Positions 48,472 through 55,184 of a DNA stretch of 55,184 bases are shown here, in pieces. Position numbers and translations under genes: made by a program. Origin of the DNA: Phycisphaeraceae bacterium (GTDB lineage Bacteria > Planctomycetota > Phycisphaerae > Phycisphaerales > Zrk34); assembly GCA_040905565.1 (NCBI GenBank), contig JBBDRF010000015.1, positions 1 through 55,184 of the forward strand. Reading direction: 5' to 3'. Positions within the stretch are counted from its first letter, which is position 1. Each line of letters begins with the position of its first letter. The notes below the pieces were generated by a model. That model was not told the DNA's origin. It did no database searches and was given only the letters and a program-made list of their open reading frames with translations.

Positions 48472-50362
48472 CCGCTTGGTCAGCAGCTTCGCGATCATTT
48501 GCACGCTTCGAGAGGCGAATCGTACAGATTACATCGACCTCTTTCTACCTTTCGTATGTGAAGCTTTACGCAAAACTCAATCACACGCGATTGCGCTAGA
48601 AGACCTGCAAACGGTTCTTCGGGCCCAAACTGGCCTTGAAATTCCGCAAGCCGCACTACGCACTATACTACGCCGCGCTGCACGCCAAGGATATGTCACC
48701 AAGGAAAACCACATTTATGTGAAGAACCCCGTAAAACTCAAGAACGCCTCGCTTGCGCCACAACGGCACGATGCCAATCACACCCTTGACAATCTCAGCG
48801 AGAGCTTCCGAGATTACACGGAACGGCAACATGGCCGCAGCCTCAGCCCCGATCGTGCCGCAACCACGATCTTGGGATACCTCGAAAGGCATTCACTGTC
48901 GCTCCTCCGTGCCGGAGGTGACCGCAACGAACTCCGGCTCGCGAAATCGTCTTCTCAAGATGACTATTTCGCCGCTTCATTCATTCTTCATTCCTTCGAC
49001 ACCGAGACGAAGGACGTGTCCCGCTTGGAACAAATCGCAAAAGGGAGCATGCTGGCTGACACACTGACCCTGCCAAACCCATCGGAGGCTGTTGGCGCCT
49101 TCCAAAAACTTCGCGTGTTTTTGGATACTCGTATCGTTTTACGCGCCCTCGGCTACGCTGGCGCTATACGCGAAACGCCGGCGAAGGAGTTGCTACGACT
49201 GCTCCGTAGTCATGGGGCTTCCGTTCATGTCTTTGAGCACACGATCACCGAGATAGATGCCATCCTCGGCGCCACATCCAACGCCATCACGATGGGTAGT
49301 CGTTATGAGCCAGGCCGGTACGAGGTGTCCGACTGGGCAATAACACAGCGCCTGCATGCACCAGAAATAGAGGTGTTTCGCGCGAAGCTCAACGATTCCT
49401 TGCTCGCCTGCGGCATTGCTCCGACGGATCCCCCCGATTTTGACCCTAGTCTCAGCATTAACGAGACGGCGCTCCAGAATTTGGTCGAAACGCACGTTAC
49501 GTATTCGAACCCCGATGCAGTTGTCCCCGACGTTAAATCCATAACTGCCATCCACCAAATGCGGCAGGGACGGCCCTTTCGTCGTTTGGAAGATAGCAAG
49601 GCTGTGTTTGTCACGACCAATCACGGTCTCTCGAAGGCTTCGGCAGCCTTCTTCAAGGAATCTCTTGTCGGTGGAGAGTTCGTGCCGCATGCCTTCCCCG
49701 ACGACCTCTTCACCTCGCTGGCTTGGCTTAAAGACCCAGACGCCGCAGCCACTATGCCTCGCGCTCGCCTCGTCGCTGAATGCCTCGCTGCCATCAATCC
49801 CGGTGAGGAAGTTTGGGTGCAAGTGCTCAACCACGCGGAGCGACTTCTTTCCGAGAATAAGATCAACGAATCCGATTTTGCGATCTTGCGGTATACGACG
49901 ACAGCCCAACGCGCGCTCATGGAAGCTACACAAGGTAACCCAGAGGTTTTCACGGAAGGTACCATTTACGAAGTCATTGAGCACGCGAAGGAGCAGTTTG
50001 CGAAGGAGGCGCGTGAACAGGCTGACCGAGACCGGCTTTTACGAGCGAAGGCCGAACGCGAAGCGCAACAACTCCGGGCAGGAAATGATCGCCTCGCCGA
50101 TCGCCTCGCCACAGGCGTTGCCGTAGCGGTGGAGGCGATACTCGTGATCGTGGTCGTCATTGGCGTTTTCGTACCATGGCCAGCCGGTGGGGTAGTTGCT
50201 AAGTCAATAGTCGGGGCCGTGGCCAGCGTGTGGTACACTCTGGGGTTGTTAAACATTTGGACGGGAGTATCAATCCGGCGCATTCGTCGATCTCTACAGG
50301 AACGTATTCGTCCAATCGCCGCGCATCTTGTATCCGTGTTATCGAAAGATGATACCAAATAA
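48464..50362 (+). CDS. Hypothetical protein: central PIN-like domain, coiled coil and two C-terminal TM helices
   Basis: Start at ATG 48464 (MDNRLVSS). LRVFLDTRIV, VFEHTITEI, PDVKS and VFVTTN follow a PIN-like acidic-residue pattern. Hydrophobic segments include VAVEAILVIVVVIGVFVPW and IVGAVASVWYTLGLLNIW. Confidence 0.75.
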   Translation: MDNRLVSSFAIICTLREANRTDYIDLFLPFVCEALRKTQSHAIALEDLQTVLRAQTGLEIPQAALRTILRRAARQGYVTKENHIYVKNPVKLKNASLAPQRHDANHTLDNLSESFRDYTERQHGRSLSPDRAATTILGYLERHSLSLLRAGGDRNELRLAKSSSQDDYFAASFILHSFDTETKDVSRLEQIAKGSMLADTLTLPNPSEAVGAFQKLRVFLDTRIVLRALGYAGAIRETPAKELLRLLRSHGASVHVFEHTITEIDAILGATSNAITMGSRYEPGRYEVSDWAITQRLHAPEIEVFRAKLNDSLLACGIAPTDPPDFDPSLSINETALQNLVETHVTYSNPDAVVPDVKSITAIHQMRQGRPFRRLEDSKAVFVTTNHGLSKASAAFFKESLVGGEFVPHAFPDDLFTSLAWLKDPDAAATMPRARLVAECLAAINPGEEVWVQVLNHAERLLSENKINESDFAILRYTTTAQRALMEATQGNPEVFTEGTIYEVIEHAKEQFAKEAREQADRDRLLRAKAEREAQQLRAGNDRLADRLATGVAVAVEAILVIVVVIGVFVPWPAGGVVAKSIVGAVASVWYTLGLLNIWTGVSIRRIRRSLQERIRPIAAHLVSVLSKDDTK

Positions 50363-50618
50363 ACAAACCACCCCAGCGGATTTGCGGTTGTCGGCGTTGC
50401 TATGGCGAGTTAGAGATTTGTCGGTTGGTTAATAGGCTCGGTCCTGCCTGATTTTCGTTTTTCCCTTTGCCCAGGCACAGCCGCCGCAGACCCGCCCGCC
50501 GGGCATCTGATCCAAACTCGACCGCGAGCACCGCCGCCGCTCGGTTAAGGCGGGCGGCGAGCGCGACCACGGCATAGATAACCGGTGACGGATTCCCCTC
50601 CCCCGCACCGAGGCATCT

Positions 50619-50873
50619 ATGACTGCACATCTTTCTCCCCACGAGCTCACGCCCGAGCAACGTTGCGCCGAGGTGGCCCGGCTGCTGGCAAAGGCTGTTC
50701 TGCGCCGCATCGAGCAGGATCGTCGCATGGGTGACGCCGGCAGCGGAAAAGCCGGAAAAGTTGCCCACAGTGGCGACGATCGCCTTGAAGTTCCCAACCG
50801 GCTTGGCCTTCATGTGGCTCCGGGGCCCACGGGTGAACGCCGTGGAGCCCGCGAGGAAGGAGCCATGCGATGA
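50619..50873 (+). CDS. Small hypothetical protein of the DUF2924/recombinase module
   Basis: LTPEQRCAEVARLLAKAVLR; GAGG RBS; ATGA overlap with the next gene. Confidence 0.6.
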   Translation: MTAHLSPHELTPEQRCAEVARLLAKAVLRRIEQDRRMGDAGSGKAGKVAHSGDDRLEVPNRLGLHVAPGPTGERRGAREEGAMR

Positions 50874-51373
50874 ACGTAGAACGAGAACTGGACGCACTGC
50901 GGGCGATGACGACGGACCAGCTTCGGCAGCGCTACGCCGAGGTGTGGGACGACCAGCCACGCACGCGGCACAAGCAATATCTCATCCGCAAGATCATCTG
51001 GAAGATGCAGGCCGACGCCGAGGGCGGACTCGCCGAGCGGGCGAAGCGCCTCCGCGCACGGGCGGCGGAGTTGGCCGACGTTGCTCACGTGCGGGCGACG
51101 CCGCCCAAAGACGACCACCGGCCCGCTCGCAAGGCGGCGCCCGCGACGCGCCAACACGGGGGAACCCTCGCGGCGACGACCGATCCACGCCTTCCCGCTG
51201 TCGGCACCGTGCTGACGCGGAAGTACAAAGGGCGGCTGATCCAGGTGACGGTGCTGGCGGACGGCTTCGAGTTCGATGGCGATCGCTACCGCTCGCTGAG
51301 TGCCGTGGCGAAGGCGATCACCGGCTCGCACTGTAATGGGTTTCGATTCTTCAACCTCGGGAGCCAGGCATGA
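50870..51373 (+). CDS. DUF2924 domain protein
   Basis: LRQRYAEVW..YLIRKIIWKMQ..GGL, GTVLTRKYKG..V.V..DGFEFDG..YRSLSAVAKAITGSHCNGFRFF. Confidence 0.88.
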   Translation: MNVERELDALRAMTTDQLRQRYAEVWDDQPRTRHKQYLIRKIIWKMQADAEGGLAERAKRLRARAAELADVAHVRATPPKDDHRPARKAAPATRQHGGTLAATTDPRLPAVGTVLTRKYKGRLIQVTVLADGFEFDGDRYRSLSAVAKAITGSHCNGFRFFNLGSQA

Positions 51374-52947
51374 CGCGACGCGGCAAGCAATCGCAGGCTG
51401 AAGCCAAGGCACCGACCATCCGGTGCGCCATCTACACCCGCAAATCCAGCGAGGAAGGGCTGAAGCAGGAGTTCAACTCGCTCGACGCCCAGCGTGAGGC
51501 GGCCGAAGCGTACATCGCCAGCCAGCACCACGAAGGCTGGGTCGCCCTGCCTGAGCGGTACGACGATGGCGGATTCACGGGCGGCAACATGGACCGGCCC
51601 GCACTGGTTCGCCTGATGGCCGACATCGACGCGGGGAAGGTCGATTGCGTGATCGTCTACAAAGTAGATCGCCTCAGCCGCTCGCTACTGGATTTCTCCC
51701 GCATCATGGAGCAGTTTGATAAGCACGAAGTCTCGTTCGTCTCGGTCACCCAGCATTTCAACACGACCCACTCCATGGGCCGGCTGACGCTGAACATCCT
51801 GCTGTCCTTCGCCCAGTTCGAGCGCGAGATTATCGGCGAGCGGATCCGCGACAAGATCGCTGCCCAGCGCCGGCGCGGGAAGTGGGCCGGCGGCATTCCC
51901 ATCCTCGGGTACGACGTCGATCGCAAGGAGAACGGCTCGCGGCTCGTGGTTAATCACATGGAAGCGCCACGCGTGCGGGCCATCTTCGCGCTGTACCTTG
52001 AGAAGGGGTCGCTTCTGCCGACCGTTGAGGAACTGGTCCAGCGGGGCTGGCTGACGAAACAGTGGAGGACGCGTGCGGGGGCAGATCGCGGCGGGAAGCC
52101 TTTCGACCGGGGATCGCTTTACACGCTGCTGACGAACCCGACGTACGTCGGGAAGGTGAAGCACAAACAGGATGTTTACGACGGCGAGCATGAAGCTCTC
52201 GTCGAACGTGATGTTTTCGACCGCGTGCAGGCCCTACTGCAGCGCAACGGCCGCAACGGTGGATACGACATGCGCAACAAGCACGGTGCCTTGCTACGGG
52301 GTCTGCTGCGGTGCAAGGCCTGCAGCCGCACAATGGTGCATACGTTCACGAGCAAGGGCAGCCGGCGCTATCGATATTACACATGCACACACGCCATCAA
52401 ATCCGGCCGCAAACGCTGCCCGAGCGGTTCACTGCCCGCTGGCGAGATTGAAGAGGCCGTGGTCGACCAGGTGCATGAAATGCTCAGCGACCCGGAATGG
52501 ACCGCTGCCACACTCGCCACGGCTGAGCGGGAACTCGACCAGAAGCGGCATCGTCTGGTCGCGGAACAACAGGGCGTGGAGCGAGCGGTCCACCAGCACA
52601 CTCGGCAGATCGAGGAACTGGTCACGCAGCACGCCGAAGCGGATGAAAATGTCCGGCGGGTTGCCGACCTCAACGACCAGATCCGTCAGGCGGAGACTCG
52701 GCTTCGGCAGATCGCGGACGAACTCGCCGAACATGATGCCCGGAAAGTCAGCCATTCCGACGTCGCCGAGGCACTGGAGGATTTCGAGCGCACGTGGGAC
52801 ACGCTCAGCCAGCGCGAGCGCGTTCGCGTCATCCAACTGCTCGTCGCACGCGTCGATTACGACGTGACCGACAGCACGATCGAGGTCGCGTTCCAAGCCG
52901 ACGGAATTGCGGCGCTGGCCGCCGAACCTTCGATGGAGGCCGTATGA
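51370..52947 (+). CDS. Large serine recombinase (resolvase, recombinase and zinc-ribbon domains)
   Basis: AIYTRKSS..SLDAQ, DRLSRS, FAQFEREII.ER, NPTYVG, LLRGLLRCKAC..YYTC, then a coiled coil. Confidence 0.93.
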   Translation: MTRRGKQSQAEAKAPTIRCAIYTRKSSEEGLKQEFNSLDAQREAAEAYIASQHHEGWVALPERYDDGGFTGGNMDRPALVRLMADIDAGKVDCVIVYKVDRLSRSLLDFSRIMEQFDKHEVSFVSVTQHFNTTHSMGRLTLNILLSFAQFEREIIGERIRDKIAAQRRRGKWAGGIPILGYDVDRKENGSRLVVNHMEAPRVRAIFALYLEKGSLLPTVEELVQRGWLTKQWRTRAGADRGGKPFDRGSLYTLLTNPTYVGKVKHKQDVYDGEHEALVERDVFDRVQALLQRNGRNGGYDMRNKHGALLRGLLRCKACSRTMVHTFTSKGSRRYRYYTCTHAIKSGRKRCPSGSLPAGEIEEAVVDQVHEMLSDPEWTAATLATAERELDQKRHRLVAEQQGVERAVHQHTRQIEELVTQHAEADENVRRVADLNDQIRQAETRLRQIADELAEHDARKVSHSDVAEALEDFERTWDTLSQRERVRVIQLLVARVDYDVTDSTIEVAFQADGIAALAAEPSMEAV

Positions 52948-53342
52948 TCAACGTCAAGAAGAAGGTCGCGTTCCGCAGCCGGCGCCGCGGAAGGCCGGCG
53001 ACCAACGCCGCCAGCAGGAACGATCATTCCAAGGGCCGCATCCCCCGCGTTGCCCGCCTCATGGCTCTGGCGATCCACTTCGACGACATGCTCCGCTCGG
53101 GGCAGGTGCACGACCAGTCCGAGCTCGCCCGTCTGGTACATGTCAGTCAGCCGCGTATGACGCAGATCCTGAACCTGCTGCATCTTGCGCCGGATATTCA
53201 AGAATCGCTTCTCAACCTCCCTTGCGTGATGGAGGGCCCCGACCTCCTGACCGAACGTCACGTTCGGTCGATTGTTGGCCGGCAATCTTGGAGGGAGCAA
53301 CGCCAGCTGTGGCACGAGTCACATCGAGGCAACAAGTGTTGA
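52944..53342 (+). CDS. Hypothetical HTH-like protein coupled to the recombinase
   Basis: GRIPRVARLMALA..ELARLVHVSQPRMTQILNLLHLAPDIQE; ATGA overlap at 52944. Confidence 0.75.
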   Translation: MINVKKKVAFRSRRRGRPATNAASRNDHSKGRIPRVARLMALAIHFDDMLRSGQVHDQSELARLVHVSQPRMTQILNLLHLAPDIQESLLNLPCVMEGPDLLTERHVRSIVGRQSWREQRQLWHESHRGNKC

Positions 53343-53436
53343 CGCGGACGACGGAGCCAAGCGCAACCTGTGGTCTGTTATCGACTTGCTTGGAATTGCC
53401 ATAGCGCGCAAGGCACTATATGATAGTAGTTTACAC

Positions 53437-54996
53437 ATGGATTCAAACGAGAGAAGGCACATTCCGGTGATCGATGTTTTTGCCGGTCCTGGAGGACTGG
53501 GAGAGGGGTTCTCTGCCCTGCGGGAGAAGACGGGGTACCCGTTCAGAATCCACCTCTCAGTCGAGAAGGACAAGACGGCGTGGAAGACTCTGAGGTTGCG
53601 ATCGTTCTTCCGGCAGTTCCTAGCAAGTGGCCTTCGTGTCCCTGATGAATATTACGAGCATGTCACGGAACCGACGACGTATACGGAGAATGATCTTTTT
53701 AAGAGATACCCTGTGCAGGCCAAGGCTGCATCAGAGGAAGCGAAGTGCCTTCAACTCGGCGACTCGACAGCGGACATGGAGATAAAAAAGGCCATCTCCA
53801 AGCGGCTAAAAGGACACCCCCATTGGGTCCTCATCGGGGGGCCCCCGTGCCAAGCCTACTCGCTGGCTGGTCGGTCACGAAACGCAAAGAACGCCACGTT
53901 TCAGGACGATGAGAAACACTTTCTCTACCGGGAATACCTGAAAATCATCGCCCAGCACTGGCCCTCGGTATTCGTGATGGAGAACGTAAAGGGCATGCTG
54001 AGTGCAAAGGTCAAGGGTACAAGTATTTTCCCTGCGGTTCATGGCGATCTGCAGAATCCGGGGAAAGCCGTACGTGTCACTCAATCGCATCGGTATCGGA
54101 TATTCTCACTTGATATAAAAGAGAATTGCCTCGACTTCCAGCCATCTGATTTTGTGGTATGTACAGAAGACTATGGCATTCCCCAAGCAAGGCATCGCGT
54201 CATCCTGTTGGGTGTCCGGGAGGACTTGATCAACGGGACTCCGATACCCGTCTTGGAGCGCGCAGATGAGCAGCGGTCTATCGAATCCGTGCTTACGCTT
54301 CCGCAACTCCGCAGCGGTCTTTCGAGGAACGCTTTAACTTCTGATTCTTGGGAAAACTGGCGACGGTGCGTGGCTCAAGCACTCTCATCTGCTTGGATGA
54401 GGGACATTTCTCCCGCGATACATGCGAGAATGGCAGACGCAGTGTTGGCTCTGAATACTCGTCAGAGAGAACTGCGCCAGACCAGTTCCGGACGAGGTCG
54501 CATGCCTGCTTTCGCCGATGATTGGTTCTGGGACGAAAGGCTTTCGGTCGCGCTCAATCATGAGGCACGCTCGCACAGAGAGGACGACCTACACCGCTAT
54601 CTCTTCGCATCTTGCTTTGCCGCCGAGCACGGTCGTGCCCCTTCGTTGGGAGACTTTCCGACAGGGCTTCTTCCCGAGCACGCCAACGCTGCCGAAGCTG
54701 CAAATGGAGGAGGGCAGTTCGCCGATCGATTTCGCGTGCAATGTTACGGACGTCCTGCCACGACAATCACCTCCCACATTTCGAAGGACGGGCACTACTA
54801 CATTCACCCCGATCCTACCCAGTGTCGAAGCTTGACGGTCCGCGAAGCAGCGAGAATCCAGACCTTTCCGGACAACTACTTCTTTTGTGGTCCACGCACG
54901 GCGCAGTATCACCAAGTGGGCAACGCGGTCCCACCGCTGCTCGCCAGATCGATCGCTCGCATCGTCCATGGAGTGCTCAAGGGACAAGGTCAATGA
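53437..54996 (+). CDS. dcm: DNA (cytosine-5)-methyltransferase
   Basis: Motif I DVFAGPGG, IV GGPPCQ, VI ENVKG, VIII QARHR, IX/X LTVREAARIQTFP and QVGNAVPP. Confidence 0.95.
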   Translation: MDSNERRHIPVIDVFAGPGGLGEGFSALREKTGYPFRIHLSVEKDKTAWKTLRLRSFFRQFLASGLRVPDEYYEHVTEPTTYTENDLFKRYPVQAKAASEEAKCLQLGDSTADMEIKKAISKRLKGHPHWVLIGGPPCQAYSLAGRSRNAKNATFQDDEKHFLYREYLKIIAQHWPSVFVMENVKGMLSAKVKGTSIFPAVHGDLQNPGKAVRVTQSHRYRIFSLDIKENCLDFQPSDFVVCTEDYGIPQARHRVILLGVREDLINGTPIPVLERADEQRSIESVLTLPQLRSGLSRNALTSDSWENWRRCVAQALSSAWMRDISPAIHARMADAVLALNTRQRELRQTSSGRGRMPAFADDWFWDERLSVALNHEARSHREDDLHRYLFASCFAAEHGRAPSLGDFPTGLLPEHANAAEAANGGGQFADRFRVQCYGRPATTITSHISKDGHYYIHPDPTQCRSLTVREAARIQTFPDNYFFCGPRTAQYHQVGNAVPPLLARSIARIVHGVLKGQGQ

Positions 54997-54997
54997 C

Positions 54998-55135
54998 ATG
55001 GATGACTTGAGCCCAGAGAAGCGAAGCTGGAACATGTCGCGCATACGGGGCAAAGACACCAAACCTGAGCTTCTGACCAGGTCTCTCCTGCATCGGCTCG
55101 GATTTCGTTTTCGGCTACACCGCCAAGATTGGTGA
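54998..55135 (+). pseudogene. vsr: Very-short-patch repair endonuclease, truncated by an insertion
   Basis: MDDLSPEKRSWNMSRIRGKDTKPELLTRSLLHRLGFRFRLH is a typical Vsr N-terminus. It stops before the expected LPGxPD motif. Confidence 0.85.
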
Positions 55136-55184
55136 TCGGCATGCAAACGGGACCCACCTCGAGAGGGTAGATCGGCGCTGAAAA
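55130..55184 (+). mobile_element. IS21-family-like terminal repeat
   Basis: Begins TGGTGATCGGC. GATCGGC..AAA recurs (55134-55155 GATCGGCATGCAAACGGGACCC; 55170-55184 GATCGGCGCTGAAAA), like the tandem internal repeats of IS21-type ends. Confidence 0.65.

Larger units (their letters stand above)
47640..55184. mobile_element. tRNA-Met-associated genomic island (continues beyond the window)
   Basis: Integrase remnant next to the tRNA, serine recombinase module, methylase/vsr, and visibly more A/T-ending codons in 48464-50362 and 53437-55135. Confidence 0.75.

Overview
GC-rich bacterial DNA with a Planctomycetota gene repertoire (probably Phycisphaerae; inferred from gene content only). Bases 1-44,000 are a secreted/periplasmic carbohydrate- and sulfate-ester-utilisation region. 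It holds an SSS symporter and an AllD-like dehydrogenase, three paralogous prepilin-type (DUF1559-like) genes, two PEP-CTERM proteins, three PSD1-cytochrome c/DUF1501 pairs, an esterase, three sulfatases plus a formylglycine-generating enzyme, a PVC-type heme protein, an M60 peptidase, an ECF sigma/FecR-LamG pair, an SDR and a GH100-like hydrolase. It is followed by alaS and initiator tRNA-Met. Directly after the tRNA an island begins: tyrosine-integrase pseudogene, orphan PIN-like membrane protein, DUF2924/large serine recombinase module, C5 methyltransferase and vsr. Both window ends look like insertion-sequence termini interrupting genes (SSS at left, vsr at right). The most interesting signals are: a candidate defence gene in the tRNA island; tandem pilin-like genes sharing a 343-bp identical block and a conserved downstream hairpin; a duplicated 16-bp operator linking a pilin-like gene to a catabolic operon; large in-frame insertions in AlaRS and the SSS transporter; and three non-canonical sulfatase motifs. 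All family assignments come from motif recognition by eye, not from database searches.
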